Virus record (IMG/VR): IMGVR_UViG_3300020183_000415
Coordinates: 1-25,620 of that record
Direction: 5' to 3' (one strand)
Source of the DNA: a virus
Lineage: Duplodnaviria > Caudoviricetes
Length of the DNA stretch: 25,620 bases
The translations under genes and the position numbers were made by a program. Of this stretch, positions 8,018 to 17,955 are shown piece after piece; positions within the stretch are counted from its first letter, which is position 1; every line of letters starts with the position of its first letter. Below the pieces are notes generated by a model that was given only the letters and a program-made list of their open reading frames with translations, made no database searches and was not told the DNA's origin.

Positions 8018-8791
8018 TTACATTCCTGATAGTAAAAATGGGTTAAATCCTAGGTCAATCGCTACATTTGAAGCTGCCGTTAGACGACCTTTTGCGTCAA
8101 CGGTAAATGATGCTACATTTGAAGCACCGCCATAAGTTCCTGCGGTTACTGCGGTACTTGCTAATTTGGCTGTTGTAACTGAACCATCTGCTAATTCAGT
8201 AGTCGTCACAGAACCTGCCGTTAAAGCTGTAACTGTTGAAGTTGTTCTGAAACCTAAATGTCTAACTGTTACATTTGAACCATTATCTGGTGCAGAAGTA
8301 AATGTAATTGTTGAACCTGATAAACTAAAGTTTTCAGGAGCTGTTTGTATGACACCATCAATTGCTACAACTAATGAATTTGCTGAAGCTGGTGTTTCTG
8401 ATAAAGCAACTGTAGTACCTGTGCCATTGGCAGTAAAATTATCTACTGTAAATTGACGAATATTGTTGGCTAATTTTGCATAGGTAATTGAACCATCTGG
8501 AACAAAAGCATAATTAGATACACCTGAAGCACGATAGACAACATAGATGTTATTTGTACCTGAACCTGGCGCTGATGTAAATGTAAGTGTTAAACCGTCA
8601 ACATTATAGGCTGTCGTTGGCTCTTGACGAACATTTTCAACAAACACATCGATGTCTGTTGGACTTACAACTTGACGAGTAAGTGTAAAGGCTGTAGTAG
8701 AAGCATTACCACTAAAACGTTCAGCGTCTAATTGTGGAACTGCAGCTCTCGTTGGGTCGTATGCTGGTGCAACTGCGCCTATGTATGACAT
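8018..8791 (-). CDS. Fibre protein with two repeated beta domains and C-terminal NPFLLSGM tail
   Basis: Two copies of F-x-(G/A)N..TT..L...V.(V/I)..V.Q.P/A...(Y/F)...G.T(L/I)TFTSAP..G.N(I/V).V; DGSITYAKLA / DGSVTTAKLA repeats; VTAGTYG...FTVDAKGRLTAASN fibre motif. Confidence 0.75.
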   Translation of the reverse strand: MSYIGAVAPAYDPTRAAVPQLDAERFSGNASTTAFTLTRQVVSPTDIDVFVENVRQEPTTAYNVDGLTLTFTSAPGSGTNNIYVVYRASGVSNYAFVPDGSITYAKLANNIRQFTVDNFTANGTGTTVALSETPASANSLVVAIDGVIQTAPENFSLSGSTITFTSAPDNGSNVTVRHLGFRTTSTVTALTAGSVTTTELADGSVTTAKLASTAVTAGTYGGASNVASFTVDAKGRLTAASNVAIDLGFNPFLLSGM

Positions 8792-8801
8792 CTAGTTATT
8801 C

Positions 8802-9128
8802 CTATGTTATTTCTAATAAACTTGCAATTACATCAAGTGAACCATTAGCACTTGTATCAATTTTTAATTCATCAGCCGCCTGTAAAACTACTTTTTGTTC
8901 GCCACCAATTGGAACAAGTGTTGATCCTGTTAAAATTGGTGCATTAGATATAACAGAATAATTAACAGATGAACGTCTTAAAAATACATTAGCGGTAACT
9001 GTACCTGCTGATTTATTTGAAAGTGTTAAACCGATAAGTGTGGTTTGTGTGGAAGCTGGACAAGTATAAACAGTATTACCACTTGTTATGATGTTTGCAG
9101 CTACATTTGATTTGAAGGTATTTGCCAT
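8802..9128 (-). CDS. Small beta-sandwich fibre adaptor protein (108 aa)
   Basis: MANTFKS...VYTCPASTQTTLIGLTLSN...KVVLQAADELKI...SLLEIT; SD AAGGA upstream; follows a fibre ending in AFAIALG. Confidence 0.65.
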   Translation of the reverse strand: MANTFKSNVAANIITSGNTVYTCPASTQTTLIGLTLSNKSAGTVTANVFLRRSSVNYSVISNAPILTGSTLVPIGGEQKVVLQAADELKIDTSANGSLDVIASLLEIT

Positions 9129-9151
9129 TTTTTATGTTTTCCTTAATACTC

Positions 9152-9159
9152 TATTTATA
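9152..9159 (-). promoter_or_regulatory. T4-type late promoter TATAAATA
   Basis: Exact TATAAATA in the 43-nt intergenic gap, 23 nt upstream of the ATG at 9128. Confidence 0.8.
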
Positions 9160-9171
9160 CTTTAATTACAT

Positions 9172-10137
9172 TTATCCTAAAGCAATTGCAAATGCTAATG
9201 AATTATCTCCGGACGCATTGGCAGCTGCAAAAGCAGCTGCGGCTGTTGTATTGACCGAAGTAACAGTAGGTTGAATAATTAAATTACCAACCATTCCAGC
9301 ATGGTTTTGACATTGATAAACATATGTGTTGCCAGTTAATATGTATGGAACTTTCCAAATAAGTGTGCCTGTTACTTTTCCTTGTGCTGAACCTTCGGTT
9401 GTCACCACACCTGCGGTTGATACATGTGTAAGCCCTACATTATATAAAGTGCCACCATTTGTTTCTCGTATTAAAAATGGATGTCCAGATGCGTTAATAT
9501 TAAATGAAATTGTTTGTCCAGGATGTAAATATATGTCTGGATTATTACCAGAATATTGGTCAAACAGATAAGCGCCCGATCCGGAATTCACTACGGATAA
9601 AGTTGTTACTCCCGATTTTACATTTGCATTTTGAGAGAAAACCCAATCATTCACATGAACGTTTGTTGAAGCTGATAGGAGACCAGCTGCACTTATGACT
9701 GTGGAAATATTGGCTGTTCCAGATACCGCAACATTACTTAAAGTTGTATTGGCAGTAACAGCAAGTGTATTGGATAATGTAGCCGCACCAGTAACAGCGA
9801 GCGTATTGGATAATGTAGCCGCACCAGTAACAGCAAGTGTATTGGATAATGTAGCCGCACCAGTAACAGATAGTGTGTTGGCGATTGAAGCTGAACCATT
9901 GACAATTAAATCATCAAAGCCAAGAGCATCAAGTGTAATGTTTCCTGATACCGTAAGATTACCAGAAATAGTGGTATCACCAACAACATTCAGCGTATTA
10001 CCAGCAACTAGATTTGTATTTGCATAAAAAGTACCAGCAATATTATCAGTAAGATTATTTGCTACTGTAATTAAATCTTGGGTAGCAATTAGCCATTGTT
10101 GAAACGTATTTGCCGTGGTTACATAAGTAATTGGCAT
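9172..10137 (-). CDS. Proximal fibre protein with 12-aa repeats and a cupredoxin-like domain
   Basis: N-terminal TANTFQQW motif, NTLAVTGAATLS repeats, NPDIYLHPGQTISFNINASGHPF...YVYQCQNHAGMVG, C-terminal AFAIALG. Confidence 0.75.
   Translation of the reverse strand: MPITYVTTANTFQQWLIATQDLITVANNLTDNIAGTFYANTNLVAGNTLNVVGDTTISGNLTVSGNITLDALGFDDLIVNGSASIANTLSVTGAATLSNTLAVTGAATLSNTLAVTGAATLSNTLAVTANTTLSNVAVSGTANISTVISAAGLLSASTNVHVNDWVFSQNANVKSGVTTLSVVNSGSGAYLFDQYSGNNPDIYLHPGQTISFNINASGHPFLIRETNGGTLYNVGLTHVSTAGVVTTEGSAQGKVTGTLIWKVPYILTGNTYVYQCQNHAGMVGNLIIQPTVTSVNTTAAAAFAAANASGDNSLAFAIALG
9753..9876. repeat. 36-bp in-frame tandem repeat, about 3.4 copies
   Basis: Unit cagtaacagcaagtgtattggataatgtagccgcac at 9753, 9789 (2 mismatches), 9825, plus a partial copy at 9861; encodes NTLAVTGAATLS. 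Confidence 0.95.
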
Positions 10138-10364
10138 TATGTTTTCCTCATTTGTGCTATTTCAATTAGCATATTTTTAATCTCTGACATGTCTTGTTCT
10201 AATTGTGCTAAACGCATTTTAGTTTCAGATTGTTCTTCTTTTTGTTTTTTAGCAATCTCACGCTTCATCATGTAGTCATTTAATCCAGCCTTGTCTGTAT
10301 TTAGAACAGCCTTGGAATGAATATCACGAATTAAATGATTATGGTCTTTTACTTTTGCATACAT
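10137..10364 (-). CDS. Small coiled-coil protein following the DUF4815-like gene
   Basis: KVKDHNHLIRDIHSKAVLNTDKAG followed by a heptad-like helix (RLAQLEQDMSEIKNMLIEI); TAATG coupling to the downstream fibre gene. Confidence 0.7.
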   Translation of the reverse strand: MYAKVKDHNHLIRDIHSKAVLNTDKAGLNDYMMKREIAKKQKEEQSETKMRLAQLEQDMSEIKNMLIEIAQMRKT

Positions 10365-10366
10365 GA

Positions 10367-13300
10367 TTATGTTCCTGATGGTAACGCAATAGCTCTTAAA
10401 TCACGCACTTTTGGAACTTCAGTTGTATCAGAGCCGGACATGACCACTTTAATTGAGAATGTCTTAAATGTGTTATATGCAGTTGAGCCAGAGGTATAAG
10501 TTATAGCGTTATTTGCTAAATCTGTGCTACCTGGTGCAAATACTAATTCACGGTAATCATCATCACTTGTTGAAACATAACTAGCATTACCTAGTTGACC
10601 CATGAGTTGATAGTTCTTATCATCAAACAAATCAGTATCAGAACCAGAAAGAACCTTGTAATAGACATGAATATTTGAACCAGATGGTTTATATGCAGTT
10701 AGATACACACGAAGGTCACCAGAATCAAAGCCATCAGCAAGTGTAACTCGGCGTGTCATGTAACGAGTTTTAGCATTACCACCAGATTTCTTATCTTCAC
10801 CATTATAGGTGACCGAAGCATTTGAACCGCCACCAGCACCTGGTGTGAGTGTAATTGTTGGTGATGTTGTATAACCTGAACCAGCATTTGTAAGTGTAAT
10901 TGCAGTAATGACATTACTTGCTACGGTAGCCGTTGCGGTAGCACCTGAACCACCACCACCAGTAATTGTGACTGTTACATCAGCAGAGTTTGCATAAGCT
11001 GAACCTGAATTTGCAATTACAAAACCTGAATTAATTAATGGTAAATCATTAATGTTATTATCAACAAAAATACCACCAAAACGAGTAATATCTAATATTG
11101 GTGAAACAGATTCATTTGATGTTGAAATGGTTGCTTTGAGTATAAATGAAGTATTACCTGTGGTTGGATTTAATACTCGGCGTCCGTCACCATCATTCAT
11201 TGTGTAATCTTCTAATGGATTAATTGATTTAAATGAAGTAATGCCACCTGTAGATTTTTCAGATGAGAAAGTATATGAAACTGAAGTATTTACCATCGTC
11301 ACTTGAGATGTAATTAAATGAGTTAAATCATAATTTACATTAGCACTTGGTTTATCAACCAAGAACTGTGCTGTCGCTGATGTTGTGCTAAACACTTTAC
11401 GGAAAATTCTAAACATAATGTCAATGTTTTGATCAGCCGTCCATGTAGAACCATTTTGTGACTGGAAGAATGAACCACCATATGGTTGTTCAGATATTTG
11501 TAGTCCAGAAACTAAATCTAATTTGCCAACTTCAGCTACATAGGCCTCATAACCATTTGAATTAGATAATAATACAAATGAATGTTCACCAGGTATCATA
11601 TAAACTGGTGCATCAAATACGAATTCAGTATATTTGGTTGCATCATCTAAATCAGGCGAATCACTAATCTTCACTTTATCTGGTGTAAGTGTTACAGAAC
11701 CATACGGATAAACAATTGTTGATGATGGATAACCATTAACTGTTGGTCTTAATTGTAAAGTCACTGGTGCTGTATCGTGTTTGGTTTTAAAGCACACACG
11801 AAGTTTATCAATGAAAATGCCTTGTGGATATTGAGCCGGAGCAATTAAGAATGTTTGTGCTAATGGATCCCACCAACCAGAAACAGGAACATCATTCACA
11901 CTTGTTGTTGTAGTTACACGAGAATCATTAACGGATGTCCTTTGAACCGTTGGTGCAACAGTTGATACAACTGTATTTTCTGTGGTTTGCAATAGACCTT
12001 GTGCATAGAATGAGGCATCACCGTTTGTGGTTGATGATGGAATATCACCAGTAGATGAATCAATTAAGCGGAATAGTTTTTCACCCGTTCTAAATGTGCT
12101 TGCAGGTATATTAAAAATACCAGCCACATCACCAGCACGAGTGGTCGTTAGGCGTCCAATAGAGTAGGTTGATGTTGTATCTGGTGTGGTTGACCATGTA
12201 CCAGAGATAGTTACATTTCTTGTAGAAGCATTATAAGATGAAATAGTTGCTTGTTGACCTGCACCTGTGCCACCAACAATAAAAATAGTATTACTATTTG
12301 AGGTATTACCATAAAGAACTTCATTGTTAGCACCACTAGCATCAATTGATAAAGTAATTGTATTTGACGTAGTTGCATTAGCAATACCTGAATAATGTTC
12401 ATAACCAGAAATTCTTGTGCTGGTTGATGTTGAAGAACCAATTAAGTTAGCATTAGCAATATTAAATGATGTTGTTGGTGTAATATTGACAACAAACGCT
12501 GATGTATTTGATGTTTTAACAATTATAGCAGAACCATTGGTTGTAGCAGTTGCATTATTAAAAATGGTAACTGTTTCAGTATTAGAGGTTGTTGTTCTAT
12601 AATTTAAACCATTACCAGCAAGAATAAATCTATTTGCACGAGCTACATTTTTTTCAACAGCTGTGTTATCAAAAAATGGAAATAATATGGTATCTGGTTT
12701 AAAATCAGAAGCCGTAAATAATACACTTCTTGACCTCATATAAGGAACAATAGAAACATCCACTACACGGTCACCAATGGATTGTGTAATGGTTTCAGGT
12801 ACAACTTGTGATAATACACCAGTGCGAGTTTGACCAGTTGTTGTGGTTGTTGTGGTTCTTCTAACATTTCTGAGGCCACCACCACCACGCTGTGTAAAGT
12901 CAAACGATGATGTTGATGTTCCTGTCCAAGCAGTTTCCCATGAGCCCCATTCAGTAGTAAATGCAGAAGCATTTGTTGCAGTTAAAATTAAATCCCAAGC
13001 ATCTTTATCACCACCAAGATTTACAAGAACATCTGCTTTTTTATCTGTATCAACCCAAACATCTGATGGTGGATTGAGTATTATTTTGCCAAGATAATTA
13101 ACCACATTAAATGGATTAATGTTTATTGTTTTTGAAGCTGAATCTTGTGTTACAAAAGTGGTGTTTGAAGCTGCAACTGTTACAAATGGACCAGTTTGTA
13201 AGTATGATGTAGAATTAGCTGCATCAAAATTAAGCATACGAGATGTTACATTACATGATGGTCTTAATTCTTGATATTTTGGATCGATAGCAGCTTGATA

Positions 13301-16300
13301 CTCTGAAGAAGTAATATCAGCCACAGAATGACCTTTAAATGAATCTACAATAATACCATTTTTAAATCTTGGTAAGTTTGTAGTATCAAGAATAGTTAAA
13401 TCTTGCTTATTCAAAGCATCTTGTTCAAGTAAAGATAATGAGGTATAATATTCTAGGTTTCCAATGCGAGTATCAAGTGTTCCAATATCTCTCATGGTAT
13501 AACGGCGATTATTAATATATTGAACGTCAATTTCTTCTGTATCAGAAACGTATGCTGGCTCACGCAAGACATAAAGATTCATTGTATCATCTTTAGGTCT
13601 AGGAATAGTTGGATTTAAACTTGGAATACCTTTATTTACACTAAATGTTCTATTTTTATTTAAAACAACACGATCTATACGAGGTAAATAATAACTATAA
13701 TCTAGTAAAATGTCTGAACCATTTTCTGGTATTTTTGGACCAGTTGTTGATGAATCCACATCAAATTCAACGGTAGAACCAAGAGCCGCCGTTGCATTTT
13801 TACGAACCGGTCTAAAATCTAAACTATCACGCAATTCATATTCATTACCTGTTGTTGGTGAAATATATTCGGTAATCGTATCATAATTTGGATATGAATC
13901 TACCGTAAAGAATCCTGCTCCAGATGATGTATGAAGATTATATCTTACAACTAATGGGCCAGCTGGCGCTGTTTGACCCGGTTTTAATTTAATAAAAGCG
14001 TGGTCATAATAAGAATCTTTTTGTCCATTATTAAATGAATAACGTGATGTTACATCAGTGTAACCTGTATTTGCTACAGCAGCACCATTGTAATCATAAA
14101 CACTAACAAGCTCAATAACATCTGAAACAAATAATGATTGTGCTGTGTCTGGTGTTTTAACCACATAAGTATTTGCAATTGTTGTTTGACCCTGTGAAGC
14201 AAAAACTAATACCGCTGAATTAGCAAATATATTTTCACCGCCAGTTGTTTGAACAGTCGCATTAGCAGACACTAATGTTTTTGTTTTAGCTGGACTACCT
14301 GAAGCTAATGTAAAGTCAATTGTTGCAATTATATTTGCAGTCATATTGTTTGCATTGGTAATTGTCAACTTACGAGTTGTTGTATTGACAGATGTAATTT
14401 TATCAGCAGGAACAGTTTCACCTACAATATAAGGTGATGTACCAGCAGTTGTTACAATGACTTGATAATTTTGTTGTTTTGCTGAAGTAGATGTAGCTGA
14501 AGCTATACTTTCACCGGAACTAACTGATAGAGCTGGCGAATCTGAAGACACAAAAGTTTGTCCTTCATATAATCTACGATATGAAAATGAAAAATCAGAA
14601 ATTGTATTTTGCGTAATATAGTTCTCACCCAACGGAAATATAGTAGTTTCAAAAGCTGAATCTGTTAAGAAAGCATCACTATCCGTTGAAGCTGGATCTT
14701 TAGAACGTGAATCAATATCAGCAGCATTAATTCTAGTTGTACCTGTAAATGTGGCAATAGAATCTACATCATTAAATTCAAAATCAATGGCAAATGCGGA
14801 TGCGCTATTTGGTGTTGTAGTAAAAGATTCTGCTAAGCTTATTGTTTGTGTAGCAGTGGTAAATCCTGAAATTCTTTTTGGTAATTCATCAGAACCTAGA
14901 CCCGAAGTAATACGAAGTTTTGCACCCTTATAGGCATCGCTTACACTGGAAAATATTTGACCTGCTGTAACATTACCAATGGTGACTGAACTTGATGTAG
15001 CAGTATTAATTGTACCTGTAATAGAACCAATACTTACATCAAACAAATAACTTTTATATTCGTAAGTGGCTGAATTAGATGTATTAGCAGCTGAATCAAA
15101 TGCAATAGATTTAACACGAGCTGTACCAATTTTTGTATTGGTAATAGCAGCTGAAGATGTTACGTTAATAGAAGCATTGGGCACACAATGTAAATCAACA
15201 GTAGAAAGACTATTAATTGGAAACGAACCAAAGTGATTGTTTGTATAAACAAAGTTACCATAGTCAGCTGATAGTCGTTTGTTTTGCACATTTTCTGTGG
15301 TACGAGGTTTATCTATTGTAATTGTTGTTGGTGCAATTGATTCATATTCATAACCAAACACATAGGCTTTACCTGGAGATAGAATAACATCCATGTTAGC
15401 CGTATTTGACGTGTTAGTTTGTAATGAGATTTGGAATGGGCGAACCGTATAGTTGCCTGATTCATCATATGTTCTTCGTGCTAAAGTATCTTCAAGCACC
15501 GAATAAATTGGAAAACGATAACTACGAGTAAGCACTCCATATTCAACACGAGCTAATTCAATGAATTGTAATGTGTCAGTAGAATCAAAACTACGAGTGG
15601 CTAATGTTAAATTGATTTTAAATCTGTCAGAACCTGGAGCTTGATAATTAGAAGCATCTTGTGCTGGATCTAATAATGAAGTATCTGAACTTGATGTGGT
15701 AGTTGATTCTGTTATTTCAAAACCAATTCTTGCATTGGCTGTTGTGTTAGAATATTTTGATGTAGCAATGGTTTGTTCATCATTTTGAATAAAGAAACCA
15801 TCATAAAAATACACGCCTTCAGTTACAGAGAATAGTTGGCCTGTGCCTACTCCTGCTGAAGAAATATTAGCTGATGTTGGTGAATTTTCAAAAGTAAAAA
15901 TTGTGTCGCCAGGTGCAAATGCAGTACCAAAAATTTGTTTGACCATTAATGTTTTTGGGTCACCTGTACCAGCATCAGCATCAAAAACTTTAATAACTTC
16001 AGCTCGTTTTGTTGGTGTAGAAACAGAATCTACAATCGTAGCACCAACAAAGTTATTGGCAGTAACAGCCGTGCCAGCATATGTTGAATCTAATTTTAGA
16101 TAAGTAGCATCTTGAAGATATGTTGTTCCACCAGAAACCACAGAACCGTTTTTGAATACATGATTACCAAAACGCTCTACTTGTTTTTGAAGGATTGTTT
16201 GTAATTGAGTTAGTTCACGGGCTTGAACAGCAAATCCAGGTTTAAATAACATGCGAAGAAATTTCTTATCTTCATCAAAGTCATCATAGTATGGGTTTGC

Positions 16301-16324
16301 ATTAAAATTAGTATTGATACTCAT
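10367..16324 (-). CDS. Large virion structural protein, DUF4815/VrlC-like
   Basis: N-terminus [48 protein letters not shown]; [17 protein letters not shown]; [30 protein letters not shown]; [11 protein letters not shown]; WWDPLAQTF; C-terminal [11 protein letters not shown]; SD GAGG. Confidence 0.88.
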   Translation of the reverse strand: MSINTNFNANPYYDDFDEDKKFLRMLFKPGFAVQARELTQLQTILQKQVERFGNHVFKNGSVVSGGTTYLQDATYLKLDSTYAGTAVTANNFVGATIVDSVSTPTKRAEVIKVFDADAGTGDPKTLMVKQIFGTAFAPGDTIFTFENSPTSANISSAGVGTGQLFSVTEGVYFYDGFFIQNDEQTIATSKYSNTTANARIGFEITESTTTSSSDTSLLDPAQDASNYQAPGSDRFKINLTLATRSFDSTDTLQFIELARVEYGVLTRSYRFPIYSVLEDTLARRTYDESGNYTVRPFQISLQTNTSNTANMDVILSPGKAYVFGYEYESIAPTTITIDKPRTTENVQNKRLSADYGNFVYTNNHFGSFPINSLSTVDLHCVPNASINVTSSAAITNTKIGTARVKSIAFDSAANTSNSATYEYKSYLFDVSIGSITGTINTATSSSVTIGNVTAGQIFSSVSDAYKGAKLRITSGLGSDELPKRISGFTTATQTISLAESFTTTPNSASAFAIDFEFNDVDSIATFTGTTRINAADIDSRSKDPASTDSDAFLTDSAFETTIFPLGENYITQNTISDFSFSYRRLYEGQTFVSSDSPALSVSSGESIASATSTSAKQQNYQVIVTTAGTSPYIVGETVPADKITSVNTTTRKLTITNANNMTANIIATIDFTLASGSPAKTKTLVSANATVQTTGGENIFANSAVLVFASQGQTTIANTYVVKTPDTAQSLFVSDVIELVSVYDYNGAAVANTGYTDVTSRYSFNNGQKDSYYDHAFIKLKPGQTAPAGPLVVRYNLHTSSGAGFFTVDSYPNYDTITEYISPTTGNEYELRDSLDFRPVRKNATAALGSTVEFDVDSSTTGPKIPENGSDILLDYSYYLPRIDRVVLNKNRTFSVNKGIPSLNPTIPRPKDDTMNLYVLREPAYVSDTEEIDVQYINNRRYTMRDIGTLDTRIGNLEYYTSLSLLEQDALNKQDLTILDTTNLPRFKNGIIVDSFKGHSVADITSSEYQAAIDPKYQELRPSCNVTSRMLNFDAANSTSYLQTGPFVTVAASNTTFVTQDSASKTININPFNVVNYLGKIILNPPSDVWVDTDKKADVLVNLGGDKDAWDLILTATNASAFTTEWGSWETAWTGTSTSSFDFTQRGGGGLRNVRRTTTTTTTGQTRTGVLSQVVPETITQSIGDRVVDVSIVPYMRSRSVLFTASDFKPDTILFPFFDNTAVEKNVARANRFILAGNGLNYRTTTSNTETVTIFNNATATTNGSAIIVKTSNTSAFVVNITPTTSFNIANANLIGSSTSTSTRISGYEHYSGIANATTSNTITLSIDASGANNEVLYGNTSNSNTIFIVGGTGAGQQATISSYNASTRNVTISGTWSTTPDTTSTYSIGRLTTTRAGDVAGIFNIPASTFRTGEKLFRLIDSSTGDIPSSTTNGDASFYAQGLLQTTENTVVSTVAPTVQRTSVNDSRVTTTTSVNDVPVSGWWDPLAQTFLIAPAQYPQGIFIDKLRVCFKTKHDTAPVTLQLRPTVNGYPSSTIVYPYGSVTLTPDKVKISDSPDLDDATKYTEFVFDAPVYMIPGEHSFVLLSNSNGYEAYVAEVGKLDLVSGLQISEQPYGGSFFQSQNGSTWTADQNIDIMFRIFRKVFSTTSATAQFLVDKPSANVNYDLTHLITSQVTMVNTSVSYTFSSEKSTGGITSFKSINPLEDYTMNDGDGRRVLNPTTGNTSFILKATISTSNESVSPILDITRFGGIFVDNNINDLPLINSGFVIANSGSAYANSADVTVTITGGGGSGATATATVASNVITAITLTNAGSGYTTSPTITLTPGAGGGSNASVTYNGEDKKSGGNAKTRYMTRRVTLADGFDSGDLRVYLTAYKPSGSNIHVYYKVLSGSDTDLFDDKNYQLMGQLGNASYVSTSDDDYRELVFAPGSTDLANNAITYTSGSTAYNTFKTFSIKVVMSGSDTTEVPKVRDLRAIALPSGT

Positions 16325-16333
16325 TTATTTCCT

Positions 16334-17941
16334 CTAAAATGTAACAACAAATTTAATATTTTCAGCCTGACCATCTTCTCGTTCTGTTTTAATGACATTC
16401 TCGGCATAAAGAATATCACCAGTATATGGTTGAAATTCTGGATCGGTTTTAGAAATTACAACCCTAGATACACCGGATGTTAAACCAACCAATGGAAGAC
16501 CAAGTGTTATTGTCCCCACAACCTTACTTATTCTAACTTCGTTAGATTCTTGTGCATTTACATGACCATAGAAAGTAGCCGCATTTACTGACCCTTGGTA
16601 AACATATTCATCTAAAGTATAACTTGAACCTGCAACTAATGTTAAATCTGTTGTTTGTGAAATAACAGAGTTAGCTGTTGCTTGTGTTACTGCTGAAGTA
16701 TTACCGTATTTATGCGGATTGGCAAGAAGTCCATACTGGCGGAAAGAAGTATTTGATGAAATTAACCCACCTTCAGTAGAATCAATTTCACCTATACGAG
16801 TAGCTGTCATAATGTTTGAACCACCCAACTCTTTTGCAGGATTATAGGCATGACCAAATTTTGGTGAAAGAATTACACGAGCATTTGCATTTGTTCCTGA
16901 ACCGTAAATAAACGCATTAGCTCTTGAGTATCCTGTGCCAATAGTTGTTACAGTAATCTTGGATACATTTGCATTAGCTGAAGATACGCCTGAAGTTGTA
17001 TTAGAAAGTGTAGCAGACGCAATCACACCTGTTCCATCACCATCAATATAAACTCTGGTTGAAATGGACACATTACTTGTATTACCACCAGCTGCCGTTG
17101 TGGCTGTTGAAAGTGTAAGAACACCTGTTGCATTAGCGGCGCTACTAATAAATGTTCCTGTTGCAATACCTGTACCAGAAATGGTCATATTTGCAAGATT
17201 GGCAAGTGCAGTTACATTATAGATTGCTAAAATTTTGGCGGTATTTGCTAAAGTAAGTGTTGTTTGGCCTGAAACAAAGCCATTTACTTGCACATTAGAA
17301 GCCTGACGATAATTTGTACCAGCTGATGTGACTATAATAGTGGTCAATTCGCCATCAACCACACCGGTAGTATCTACATTATAATCTAATTGATTTGTTG
17401 ATGATGGAGCTGGAACCCAATCAGTTGTTAAAAATTTGTTTGATGGTTTAACATTATACATGTATTTCCAAATATAACCATCAGCTGTACCAATATTACC
17501 ATTTGATGTTGAGTAATCACCGGTGGGTTCTACTGTTGAATTAGCAGAATTGTTATTTGACATACATTTATATACACTACGATCCGTAGTAATCACATAC
17601 ATCGGTTTTAGATTTTGAGAGGTATTGGCACTTAACAAGCTATTAATTTCAATGGTATCATCGTATTGACGGAATTTAGTATTACCCGACCAATTAACTC
17701 TAGGAATAACTAACTCAATATCGTTGGCCGTTAATTTTTTAGCCGCATACATGTGATCCCATGTGTCTTTTTCAGCGTCAATTGTATCTACAATAGAATC
17801 GGGTGAGGCTTCATTTGCATAGGGAATATGGTTTCCTATAAAAATATAAAGAATTGGATCAGTATTACCCGAATTATATAAAGCATTACGCCACAGTTTG
17901 GCGTTATTGTAACCTAGTTTTTTAGTAGTTATTGATGGCAT
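16334..17941 (-). CDS. gp8: Baseplate wedge subunit gp8
   Basis: LYIFIG...W..MYAAKKL...VIPRVNWSGNTKFRQYDD...YVITTDRSVYKCMSNN...TADGYIWKYMY...FRQYGLLANP...YTGDILYAEN...REDGQAENIKFVVTF; position after gp7. Confidence 0.88.
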   Translation of the reverse strand: MPSITTKKLGYNNAKLWRNALYNSGNTDPILYIFIGNHIPYANEASPDSIVDTIDAEKDTWDHMYAAKKLTANDIELVIPRVNWSGNTKFRQYDDTIEINSLLSANTSQNLKPMYVITTDRSVYKCMSNNNSANSTVEPTGDYSTSNGNIGTADGYIWKYMYNVKPSNKFLTTDWVPAPSSTNQLDYNVDTTGVVDGELTTIIVTSAGTNYRQASNVQVNGFVSGQTTLTLANTAKILAIYNVTALANLANMTISGTGIATGTFISSAANATGVLTLSTATTAAGGNTSNVSISTRVYIDGDGTGVIASATLSNTTSGVSSANANVSKITVTTIGTGYSRANAFIYGSGTNANARVILSPKFGHAYNPAKELGGSNIMTATRIGEIDSTEGGLISSNTSFRQYGLLANPHKYGNTSAVTQATANSVISQTTDLTLVAGSSYTLDEYVYQGSVNAATFYGHVNAQESNEVRISKVVGTITLGLPLVGLTSGVSRVVISKTDPEFQPYTGDILYAENVIKTEREDGQAENIKFVVTF

Positions 17942-17947
17942 GGTCTT

Positions 17948-17955
17948 TATTTATA
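17948..17955 (-). promoter_or_regulatory. T4-type late promoter TATAAATA
   Basis: Exact match overlapping the gp7 stop (ATA TAA ATA), 6 nt before the gp8 ATG. Confidence 0.7.

Noticed and set aside
1-10137. Diversity-generating retroelement or invertase shufflon acting on fibre tips
   Set aside because: I saw no reverse transcriptase, recombinase, near-identical TR/VR pair or inverted gene cassettes in this window. A self-dotplot of the full genome would be needed to exclude a distant TR.
5958-12972. Short alternative-frame minus-strand ORFs (5958-6155, 6092-6274, 12211-12441, 12763-12972)
   Set aside because: They are nested out of frame in longer genes, and their odd compositions (W/R or V/L/Q rich) are by-products of the main frame.
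16334-17941. Enrichment of canonical N-x-S/T sequons
   Set aside because: By hand count about 13 of 50 Asn in gp8 are in N-x-S/T, close to expectation for such Ser/Thr-rich proteins. The bias is at the -1 position instead.
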